Shown piece by piece: positions 1-8,212 of a stretch of DNA of 64,000 bases (the first letter of the stretch is position 1; every line of letters begins with the position of its first letter). The stretch covers positions 6,231-70,230 of the forward strand of contig JAGOZU010000002.1 of assembly GCA_018058545.1 (NCBI GenBank), in the 5' to 3' direction. The stretch comes from Promineifilum sp. GTDB lineage: Bacteria; Chloroflexota; Anaerolineae; Promineifilales; Promineifilaceae. The position numbers were made by a program, and so were the translations under genes. Under the pieces are notes generated by a model. That model was not told the origin of the DNA, searched no databases, and was given only the letters and a program-made list of their open reading frames with translations.

Positions 1-468
1 CAGGAAGATGGCCGGGATATGGGAATGACCCACCAGGCAGGCAGGCGTGTCGAAATAGGCGAAATTTTCCAGCGCCGTCTGCAAGTCGAGGATGTACTCC
101 CACACCGGATGGCGTGGGCTGGCATGAGCCAGAGTGAAGGGAGGAGCCACGCTCAAGGGCGGCAGTCCGTCAAGATAGGCCCGGTTCTCCGCGGTCAGCG
201 TCTTGCGCGTCCAGTTGACGGCCCAGCGCGCGTCGTCGTTGAACTCCTCGGTGTCCAGCTTGCCGAGCACGGCCCAGTCGTGATTGCCCGACAAAGCGAC
301 CGCCGGCTCCAGTTCGCACAGCCGCTCGACGCATTCATTAGGATTCGGGCCATAGCCGATCAGATCGCCCAGAAACCAAAGGCGTTCCCAACGGCCACGG
401 GCGTCTTCAAGCACGGCTTCAAGGGCGACCCAATTGGCGTGAATATCAGAGAGAATCAGGGTTCGCAT
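1..468 (-). CDS. Metallophosphoesterase (YfcE/calcineurin-like), 3' end runs off the window
   Basis: Not in the ORF track. My translation of the minus strand from ATG at 468 gives MRTLILSDIHANWVALEAVL...FLGDLIGYGPNPNECV...LSGNHD...HASP...GHSH, i.e. the DxH, GDxxxxG, GNHD and GHSH metallophosphatase motifs. Confidence 0.9.
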   Translation of the reverse strand, partial: MRTLILSDIHANWVALEAVLEDARGRWERLWFLGDLIGYGPNPNECVERLCELEPAVALSGNHDWAVLGKLDTEEFNDDARWAVNWTRKTLTAENRAYLDGLPPLSVAPPFTLAHASPRHPVWEYILDLQTALENFAYFDTPACLVGHSHIPAIFL

Positions 469-689
469 GAGAGTTAATGACTACCGGTTGACGATATGTG
501 TTCGATGAATAGCAGGTTGATGCGCCACGGTTCATTCTTCGGATGCGTATATCATACCATCAAAGTATAATTGACGATCAAGCTTGCGATAATGCCGGTT
601 TCATGGTCGGCTCATGTCGGCTCGCAACCGGGACAGGTTGCGCAAGAGTGACTATTATAAGGATAACGAGTTAGGGCTTTCTCAAGCAT

Positions 690-1190
690 ATGGCGATCCT
701 GGACGAGCGAACGCTGGATTTTGTCAGCACAAGCCTGGCCCAGACAGAGCGCCTGGGCATTCGCCTGGGCGAATTGCTGGAGCCGCGCGACTTTGTTTGC
801 CTGTCGGGAGAGTTGGGCGCGGGCAAGACGGCGTTGGCCCGAGGCATCGGTCGCGGCTGGGGGACCCCTCTGCGCGTCACCAGCCCGACGTTCGTGCTGG
901 TCAATGAATACCCCCGCCCCAACGATGGCTGCATTCTCTACCACATTGATTGCTACCGGTTGGAGCGCGCGGCCGATGTCGAAAGCGCCGGCCTGGTGGA
1001 TATCTTCGACAGCGACGCGGCGGTCATGGTCGAATGGCCGGAGCATATTGTCGATCTGCTGCCCGCCGACCGTCTGTGGATCGGCATGATCTATGACAGC
1101 CCCACGCGCCGCCGGATGCGCATCAGCGCCACGGGAGAGCGCTCGTCCGTCCTGCTCGTTGATTTTCGCAAGAACGCTTTTGGCGTCTGA
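690..1190 (+). CDS. tsaE: tRNA t6A biosynthesis ATPase TsaE
   Basis: GELGAGKT Walker A, SPTF, YHIDCYRL and VEW motifs; adjacent to tsaB. Confidence 0.95.
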   Translation: MAILDERTLDFVSTSLAQTERLGIRLGELLEPRDFVCLSGELGAGKTALARGIGRGWGTPLRVTSPTFVLVNEYPRPNDGCILYHIDCYRLERAADVESAGLVDIFDSDAAVMVEWPEHIVDLLPADRLWIGMIYDSPTRRRMRISATGERSSVLLVDFRKNAFGV

Positions 1191-1276
1191 GGCGCCGACC
1201 GATTCACTATGACACGTTTGATGCACGCTCCGCTTATGAACAATACACCTCACCAAGGGGCGCGACCGGAGGCTCG

Positions 1277-1936
1277 ATGATCCTGGCAATCGACACCGCC
1301 ACCGACTGGGTGGGATTGGCCCTGCACGACGGAGGCTCCGTCCTGGCCGAGTTCGGCTGGCGCAATCACCGCACGCAGACGATCGAGCTGGCGCCGGCGG
1401 TGGCCCAATTGTGGTCGCGCGCCGGCGTGACGTCCGACGATTTGGCCGCGGTCGCTGTCGCCATCGGCCCCGGCTCCTATACCGGCTTGCGGGTGGGACT
1501 GGCGGTGGCCAAGGGGATCGCGCTGGGCCAAAAGCTGCCGCTCATCGGCGTGCCCACGCTCGATATCGTCGCCACGGCCGTCCCCGCGGCCGATACAGAC
1601 CTGATCGTCGTCGGGCAGGCGGGCCGCACGCGCCTGTGGGCCGGGCAATATAGCTGGAACGCCAAACGCGGCTGGGAAGCGGTCGGCGATCCCGTCATCA
1701 CGCAATGGGATGATCTGCTGGGCCGGGTCCAGGTGCCGGTGACTTTCGCGGGCGAGATCGACGTCGCTGCCGCCAAATTGGTCCGTCGAATCAACCGCCA
1801 GGCCGTGATCGTCTCGCCCGCGGCCGGGACGAGACGGGCGGCCGTGCTGGCCGAGATCGGCTGGGGCCGCTGGAAGAAGCAGCAGGTGACCGACGCCGGC
1901 GACCTCGCGCCACTCTACTTCCGCGAGCCGGCCTGA
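1277..1936 (+). CDS. tsaB: tRNA t6A biosynthesis protein TsaB
   Basis: ILAIDTAT N-terminus and GPGSYTGLRVG signature. Confidence 0.95.
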   Translation: MILAIDTATDWVGLALHDGGSVLAEFGWRNHRTQTIELAPAVAQLWSRAGVTSDDLAAVAVAIGPGSYTGLRVGLAVAKGIALGQKLPLIGVPTLDIVATAVPAADTDLIVVGQAGRTRLWAGQYSWNAKRGWEAVGDPVITQWDDLLGRVQVPVTFAGEIDVAAAKLVRRINRQAVIVSPAAGTRRAAVLAEIGWGRWKKQQVTDAGDLAPLYFREPA

Positions 1937-1942
1937 CAGCGC

Positions 1943-2485
1943 ATGCTGATATTGCCGCCTCCCTATTCGCTGCGGCCGATGGCCGTAGCCGATATCCCCG
2001 CCGTTTTGGCCGTCGACCGCCTCTCTTTTCCGACGCCCGGCACCGAGTTGCTCTATACCAACGAGCTGGTTAATAACACGCTGGCCCACTATCAGGTCCT
2101 GGTGCGCCATGACGAAGCGGGCGATCAACTCGCCGGTCACGCCGGATACTGGCTTATCGCCGGGGAGATCCACGTCAGCACCATCGCCGTCCATCCCGAC
2201 GAGCGCGGCCGCGGCCGGGGGGAGTGGCTAATGCTCAACCTGCTGCTGGAGTCGCTGGTGCATGATCCAATTCTGGTGACGCTGGAAGTCAGGACAAGCA
2301 ACGAGGTGGCCCGGAATCTCTATCGCAAGTACCGGTTCGAAGAGGTCGGGTTGCGCAAACGCTACTATCGCGATACGAACGAGGATGCGATCCTGATGAC
2401 CGTCGACTTCGCCACGCAACCGGATTACCGGCTATGGCTTGAGGAGCAGGCCGAAGCTCTGGCGGCGCGAGCGTCGGCGGACTGA
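1943..2485 (+). CDS. rimI: Ribosomal-protein-alanine N-acetyltransferase RimI (GNAT)
   Basis: IAVHPDERGRGRGE acetyl-CoA motif, LEVRTSNEVARNLY, GLRKRYY; conserved tsaE-tsaB-rimI order. Confidence 0.9.
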   Translation: MLILPPPYSLRPMAVADIPAVLAVDRLSFPTPGTELLYTNELVNNTLAHYQVLVRHDEAGDQLAGHAGYWLIAGEIHVSTIAVHPDERGRGRGEWLMLNLLLESLVHDPILVTLEVRTSNEVARNLYRKYRFEEVGLRKRYYRDTNEDAILMTVDFATQPDYRLWLEEQAEALAARASAD

Positions 2486-2549
2486 ACCGGGCGAGACTGT
2501 ATAATCATGCAGGTTGAGCATTCAATCTGTGATATGACCGGGATAATCA

Positions 2550-3596
2550 ATGAACAACGAGAATATATTCATCACCGGCGGGGCCGGATTCATCGGCAGC
2601 AACAGCGCCGACCATTTTTTGCAGCTAGGCCACGCCGTCACCATCTATGACAACCTGTCGCGCCGGGGTGGCCGGGCCAATCTGGACTGGCTCCACGAGC
2701 GCCACGGCAGCGAGCGCCTGCGCGTCATCGAGGCCGACATTCGCGATTATGACCGGCTCAGCGCGGCCGTGGGCGAGGCCGCGCCGGACGTGGCGCTGCA
2801 TCTGGCCGGGCAGGTGGCGGTGACATCTTCCGTCGTCGATCCGCGCGAGGATTTCGAAATCAACGCGCTGGGCACGTTCAATGTGCTGGAGGCGGTGCGC
2901 ACCGGCGCGCCGGAGGCGGCCCTGCTCTATGCCTCCACCAACAAGGTCTATGGCGGCATGGAGGATGTGGGCATCGTGCGCCATGGCTCGCGCTACGCCT
3001 ATGCCGATTTTCCCTATGGCATCCCTGAGGGCCTGCCGCTTGACTTCCACTCGCCATATGGTTGTTCGAAAGGCGCGGGCGACCAGTACACGCGCGATTA
3101 TGCCCGCATCTACGGCCTGCGAACGCTGGTGCTGCGCCAGTCGTGCATCTACGGCAAGCGGCAGTTCGGCGTCGAGGATCAGGGCTGGGTGGCCCATTTC
3201 GTCATCGCCACGGTACTGGGACGGCCGATCTCCATCTATGGCGACGGCATGCAGGTGCGCGATGTGCTCTACATCGACGACCTGGTGGCGGCCTATCAGG
3301 CGGGGATCGACCGCATCGACGAGTTGAGCGGCGAGATATTCAACGTGGGCGGCGGCCCCGACAACACACTGGCCGTCTGGAGCGAGTTCGGGCCGCTGCT
3401 GGAGGAACTGGCCGGGCGGCAGGTGCCGATCCACTATGGCCCCTGGCGGCCGGGAGACCAGCGCGTCTTCGTGGCCGATATTCGGCGGGCAGAGCATCTG
3501 CTCGGCTGGCGGCCGAAGGTCGCCCCGGCCGAGGGCATCCGCGCGCTCTATGCCTGGGTGGCGGAGAATCCGGGACTGTTCGATCCGGCTCCCTGA
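2550..3596 (+). CDS. NAD-dependent nucleotide-sugar epimerase, CDP-paratose 2-epimerase (RfbE)-like
   Basis: TGGAGFIG, HLAGQVAVTSS, STNKVYG, YGCSK (YxxxK), EDQGWVAHF, GDGMQVRD. Confidence 0.8.
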   Translation: MNNENIFITGGAGFIGSNSADHFLQLGHAVTIYDNLSRRGGRANLDWLHERHGSERLRVIEADIRDYDRLSAAVGEAAPDVALHLAGQVAVTSSVVDPREDFEINALGTFNVLEAVRTGAPEAALLYASTNKVYGGMEDVGIVRHGSRYAYADFPYGIPEGLPLDFHSPYGCSKGAGDQYTRDYARIYGLRTLVLRQSCIYGKRQFGVEDQGWVAHFVIATVLGRPISIYGDGMQVRDVLYIDDLVAAYQAGIDRIDELSGEIFNVGGGPDNTLAVWSEFGPLLEELAGRQVPIHYGPWRPGDQRVFVADIRRAEHLLGWRPKVAPAEGIRALYAWVAENPGLFDPAP

Positions 3597-3681
3597 GCGA
3601 ACGTGCGGGGCTCCCGATTCATACCATCGCACCATCGAACGTGGTATCTTTAGATTAATTCATCCGATTGGAGACTTTCCC

Positions 3682-5733
3682 ATGACCGATAACCAAACAG
3701 CGGCCGCGCCTCGCATGGCGACGACCGATGATCTCTACTCCTTCCACGTCCCGGCCGACCCGCAGATTTCGCCCGACGGCCGCCATGTGGCCTTCACCGT
3801 CCAGCGCGTCGAGCGGGAGACGGAGAAGAAATATACCAATCTGTGGCTGGCCGGCGTCGATGACGGTCAACTGCGGCAGTTCACCTGGGGCAAGCAGTCC
3901 GACAGCCAGCCGCGCTGGTCGCCTGACGGCCGCGTCATCGCCTTTTTGTCCAATCGTGGCAGCGAGGAGCAGGCTCAACTTTATCTGCTTCCCGTGGACG
4001 GCGGCGAGGCTCGGCCGCTGACCGAACTGAAGGGCAGTGTCGGCAGCTACGAGTGGTCGCCCGACGGGACGAAGTTCGTGGCCCAGTTTCGCAAGAAGGA
4101 CGCTGACGCCCTGGAACGCGAGAAGGACGAGGGCAAGAAGAAGCTCGGCATTTCCTTCCGCCACATCACCCGCACCGACTATAAATTCGACGGGATGGGC
4201 TATCTGCCCAAGGAGCATTGGCACGTCTGGGTCATCGACGCCGCGACGGGCGAGGCGAAGCAACTGACCGAGGGCGACAAGGACGAGACGGAGCCGCACT
4301 GGTCACCCGACGGCCGCTCCATCCTGTTTAACTCCAATCGCAGCGAGCGGCCTGATATGGACATGGATGTCACGGAGCTGTACCTCATCCCCGCCGAGGG
4401 AGGCGAGATGCGCCAGATTGAGACGCGCCCCGGCCGCAAGTTCGCCGCGACCTTCTCGCCCGACGGCCAGCATTTGGCCTGGCTGGGTCGGGACAAGCCG
4501 GGTCGCTGGTATCAGAACGCGCGGCTCTATGTCGCTTCCGTCGACGGTGGCGAGGTGCGCGATGTCAGCGAGAGCATCGACCTCCACCTGTCCCCGTCCA
4601 CGAACGGCGACATTTTCAACGGATCCGGGCCATACGCGCTGGTTTGGTCGGCCGACGGCCGGCGGGTCTATTGCATCGCCTCCTGGCATGGCGACGAGCC
4701 GCTGGTCTCGCTGCCCGCGTTTGATTCGGACGGCGTGGGCGGGTCACAGACCCGCCCCTGTGATCAGGTCATTCCCGGGCCGGGCGTCGTCGGCGGTTAC
4801 ACCTTCGACCGCGATCGGCGGCGCGTGGCTTATCTCTGGGCCACGCTCGGCGATCCGGCCCAGTTGCTCATCCGGGACATCGACGAGAGTGGCGCGGCCG
4901 GCGAGCCGCGGGTACTGACGACGCTCAATCCCTGGCTGGCCGAGGTCGAGGCGGGGGAGATCGAGGAAGTGTGGGTCAAGACGGCCGACGGCTTTGATTT
5001 ACACGGCTGGATCCTCAAGCCGCCCGGCTTCGACCCGTCGCGCAAGTACCCGTCCATTCTGGAGATCCACGGCGGGCCGCAGACGCAGTACGGCAACATG
5101 TTCATGCATGAGTTTCACTATCTGGCCGCGGCCGGCTATGTCGTTTACTGGAGCAATCCGCGCGGCAGCCAGGGGTATGGCGAGGGCGTGACCGGTGCTA
5201 TCTATGGCCGCTGGGGCACGGTCGATTATGACGACGTGATGGCCTGGACCGATTATGTGGAGGCATTGCCCTACATAGACCCGGAGCGCATGGGCGTCAC
5301 TGGCGGCAGTTACGGCGGCTACATGACCACGCTCATCATCGGCCGCACCCATCGTTTCAAGGCCGCCGTGGCTCAGCGCGCGGTGAGCAATTTCATCAGC
5401 TTCTACGGCTCCAGCGACCTGAATTGGGGGCTGGAGAACCTGGCCGGGACGCCGCCGCCGTGGGAGGACATCGAGATGAACTGGGCGCAGTCGCCCATCA
5501 GCGCCATCGGCAACGCCAAAACCCCGACGCTGGTGATTCACAGCGAGAACGACTATCGTTGCGACCAGGAACAGGGCGAGCAGGTGTTTATCTCCTTGCG
5601 GAAGCTGGGTGTGGATACGGAGATGCTGTTGCTGCCCGGCGAATCCCACGGAGTCAGCCGCGGCGGGCGTACGGACCGGCGGGTGGCGCGGCTGGAGTAT
5701 ATGCTGGGGTGGTTCGAGAAGTATTTGAAGTAG
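3682..5733 (+). CDS. S9 family prolyl oligopeptidase / acylaminoacyl peptidase with TolB-like (WSPDG) propeller
   Basis: Repeated WSPDG motifs, IHGGP, GGSYGG nucleophile elbow, catalytic Asp (ENDYRC) and His (ESHG). Start placed at ATG 3682 after GGAG. Confidence 0.9.
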   Translation: MTDNQTAAAPRMATTDDLYSFHVPADPQISPDGRHVAFTVQRVERETEKKYTNLWLAGVDDGQLRQFTWGKQSDSQPRWSPDGRVIAFLSNRGSEEQAQLYLLPVDGGEARPLTELKGSVGSYEWSPDGTKFVAQFRKKDADALEREKDEGKKKLGISFRHITRTDYKFDGMGYLPKEHWHVWVIDAATGEAKQLTEGDKDETEPHWSPDGRSILFNSNRSERPDMDMDVTELYLIPAEGGEMRQIETRPGRKFAATFSPDGQHLAWLGRDKPGRWYQNARLYVASVDGGEVRDVSESIDLHLSPSTNGDIFNGSGPYALVWSADGRRVYCIASWHGDEPLVSLPAFDSDGVGGSQTRPCDQVIPGPGVVGGYTFDRDRRRVAYLWATLGDPAQLLIRDIDESGAAGEPRVLTTLNPWLAEVEAGEIEEVWVKTADGFDLHGWILKPPGFDPSRKYPSILEIHGGPQTQYGNMFMHEFHYLAAAGYVVYWSNPRGSQGYGEGVTGAIYGRWGTVDYDDVMAWTDYVEALPYIDPERMGVTGGSYGGYMTTLIIGRTHRFKAAVAQRAVSNFISFYGSSDLNWGLENLAGTPPPWEDIEMNWAQSPISAIGNAKTPTLVIHSENDYRCDQEQGEQVFISLRKLGVDTEMLLLPGESHGVSRGGRTDRRVARLEYMLGWFEKYLK

Positions 5734-5827
5734 CGGCCGGCTTATGGTTGTGTCTTCTGCAGGAAGGCACATAGCGCTCTGCAATCGTGACCTGATATCG
5801 TGCTATACTAATGCGAAGGGCAGCAAT

Positions 5828-6124
5828 ATGATTCGTACTTATGAAGCAATCGTTGACGATAAAGGCAATATCCGCGTGAAGGCCCCACTTCAACTCATAT
5901 CCGGCCATCGCGTGCTGGTCACGATTCTAGATGAGCCGGCTATCGAGGCGGCCGGGACTGCTCTGTTGAGCGAGGATGCGCTAGCAGATCGGAGCCGACC
6001 GGAGGAAGATACCGCATGGTTCAACCTCTTCACATATACACTTGGCGCTGCATATGGAGAAAACGAACCGGATTATCCGCTAACCTCCATCAAGGAACCA
6101 AATCCGACATATGAAGGAGGGTGA
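5828..6124 (+). CDS. Putative antitoxin of a PemK/MazF pair
   Basis: Small acidic protein overlapping the toxin start. N-terminus (YEAIVDDKGNIRV...RVLVTILDEP) parallels the protein at 37400-37627. Confidence 0.65.
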   Translation: MIRTYEAIVDDKGNIRVKAPLQLISGHRVLVTILDEPAIEAAGTALLSEDALADRSRPEEDTAWFNLFTYTLGAAYGENEPDYPLTSIKEPNPTYEGG

Positions 6125-6449
6125 TATTATCCTGACACCGCTCCCACAAGCGGACGGACAAGTAAAGAATCGCCCCGCCTTGTTTTTGCGCGTGATGCCG
6201 CCGTTTGGGGATGCGCTGGTATGTGGCATTAGCACCCAAATCCACCAGCAGGTCGGCGGGTTTGATGAGGTTATTTCCAGCCAGGATGAGGATTATACGG
6301 AGAGTGGTTTAATCTCTGATTCTCTCATACGCCTTGGCTTCCTCACCGTTGTTCCCCAAAATAAACTGATCGGCAGTATCGGCTCGATTTCGGTGGAACG
6401 ACACAGGCGATTAATTGAACGCCTCAGCGAGTATCTTCTTAATCATTGA
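6111..6449 (+). CDS. PemK/MazF family toxin
   Basis: GDIILTPLPQADGQVKNRPAL...VCGIST...SLIRLGFL, a PemK-like SH3-fold pattern. Confidence 0.8.
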   Translation: MKEGDIILTPLPQADGQVKNRPALFLRVMPPFGDALVCGISTQIHQQVGGFDEVISSQDEDYTESGLISDSLIRLGFLTVVPQNKLIGSIGSISVERHRRLIERLSEYLLNH

Positions 6450-6544
6450 CCTAATCGCATTCGATAAACCCAGTCATCATTTCAATAATTTCGCTGCCAA
6501 ACGATCTTGAACCGTCATGCTCCTTGATGAGCAACGTATAGACT

Positions 6545-7624
6545 ATGAACAACCTTTTCGACAAACTGGATAAAGTCGTCGATCGCTTCAATGAAATTGA
6601 GCGTCAGATGGCCGATCCTGACGTATTGGCCGACCATACCCGGCTGACGGAGCTGGCTCAGGAGCGCATGGACCTGAGCGACCTGGTGGACACCTACCGG
6701 GAGTACGGCCGGATGGGCGAGGAACTGGCCCAGGCGCGGGAAATGAGCGAGGCTGAGGAAGACGATGAGCTGGCCGCGCTGGCTGCCGACGAGATCGATC
6801 GCCTGTCGGCTGAGACGGAACGGCTGGAGGGCCGCTTGCGCTCGTTGCTCATCCCCAAGGACCCGCGCGACGAGAAGAACGTCTTCATCGAAATCCGCGC
6901 CGGGACGGGCGGCGACGAGGCCGGCATCTTCGCCGGCGATCTGCTGCGCATGTACATGCGCTATGCCGAAGGCCGTCGCTGGAAGACGGAGATCGTCGAT
7001 GAGAACGAGACCGGCGTCGGCGGCTACAAGGAAGTGATCGTGGCCGTGAAGGGCAAGGGGGCGTATTCGCGCCTGAAGTTCGAGAGCGGCGTCCATCGCG
7101 TGCAGCGCGTGCCGCAGACGGAATCGCAGGGGCGCATCCACACCAGCGCCGCGACGGTGGCCGTCATGCCCGAACTCGACCCGGTGGACATCACCCTCGA
7201 CGAGAAGGATTTGCAGATCACGGCCGAGTTTTCGTCCGGTCCCGGCGGCCAGCATATGCAGAAGAACGCCACGGCCGCGCGCGTGGTTCACAAGCCGACC
7301 GGCATGTTCGTCAAGATTCAGTCCGAGCGCAGCCTGAGCCAGAACAAGCAGGTGGCCCTGGCCATCATTCAGGCCCGGTTGGAAGAGATGGAGCAGTCCA
7401 AACAGAGTTCGGCCGCCGCCGCCGATCGCAAGGCGCAGGTGGGCAGCGGCGATCGCAGCGAGAAGATACGCACTTATAATTATCCACAGTCGCGCGTCAC
7501 CGATCATCGGGTGAGCTTCACCAGCTATAATCTGCCGGTGGTCATGGACGGCGATCTCGACCCGTTTATCGACGCGCTGATCCTGGCCGATGAGGCCGAG
7601 AAACTGGCCGCTGCTACGGAGTAA
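6545..7624 (+). CDS. prfA: Peptide chain release factor 1
   Basis: EIRAGTGGDEA, ESGVHRVQRVPQTE (PxT), GGQ, GSGDRSEKIRTYN. Confidence 0.97.
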   Translation: MNNLFDKLDKVVDRFNEIERQMADPDVLADHTRLTELAQERMDLSDLVDTYREYGRMGEELAQAREMSEAEEDDELAALAADEIDRLSAETERLEGRLRSLLIPKDPRDEKNVFIEIRAGTGGDEAGIFAGDLLRMYMRYAEGRRWKTEIVDENETGVGGYKEVIVAVKGKGAYSRLKFESGVHRVQRVPQTESQGRIHTSAATVAVMPELDPVDITLDEKDLQITAEFSSGPGGQHMQKNATAARVVHKPTGMFVKIQSERSLSQNKQVALAIIQARLEEMEQSKQSSAAAADRKAQVGSGDRSEKIRTYNYPQSRVTDHRVSFTSYNLPVVMDGDLDPFIDALILADEAEKLAAATE

Positions 7625-7683
7625 TCTACTGCGTCATCCGCGCCATTCATCTGTTTTCTACTGATATTATCAATGAGGAATCC

Positions 7684-8148
7684 ATGACCGAGCTTGTCTA
7701 CCAGCCCAAGGGACTGTACTTTGAGGACTTCACCGTCGGCACGCGGCTGCGCACGGCCGGGCGGACGATCACCGAGGCTGACATCGTCGGCTTCGCCGGG
7801 TTGTCGGGCGACTTTAACCAGATCCACACCAACGCCGTCCATGCCGCGGCCGATACCTTCGGCAAGCGCGTTGCCCACGGGCTGCTGGTGCAGTCCATCG
7901 CCACCGGTCTGGCGGTGCAGTCGGGCGTCATCGAAGGCACGGTGCTGGCTTTCCGCGAGCTGGATTGCAAGTTCAGCCTGCCGGTCTTCATCGGCGACAC
8001 CGTCCACGTGGAGATCGAGATCATCGAGACGAAGGCCCTGCCGCGACTGAAGGGCGGCAATGTGACGATGAAGCACACCGTCGTCAATCAGGACGGCGCG
8101 GCCGTGCAGCGGGGCAACTGGGTGATGCTGGTCAAGAGCAGAGGATAA
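7684..8148 (+). CDS. MaoC/PaaZ C-terminal family (R)-enoyl-CoA hydratase
   Basis: RTITEADIVGFAGLSGDFNQIH...RVAHG, PVFIGDT hot-dog motifs. Confidence 0.88.
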   Translation: MTELVYQPKGLYFEDFTVGTRLRTAGRTITEADIVGFAGLSGDFNQIHTNAVHAAADTFGKRVAHGLLVQSIATGLAVQSGVIEGTVLAFRELDCKFSLPVFIGDTVHVEIEIIETKALPRLKGGNVTMKHTVVNQDGAAVQRGNWVMLVKSRG

Positions 8149-8212
8149 ACGGCGAGCGGCCGTGGCCGGCGCATAAGGAACCCAATGGCATCGACCGGCG
8201 TCAAGTACGTGT

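Noticed and set aside
19-477. 152-aa plus-strand ORF from the track
   Set aside because: It is the shadow of a clear minus-strand metallophosphoesterase (1-468).
7241-7290. Unusual residues around GGQ (GGQHMQKNATA) and the PQT motif in RF1
   Set aside because: GGQ and PxT are intact; the variation is within what I expect for lineage-level divergence.
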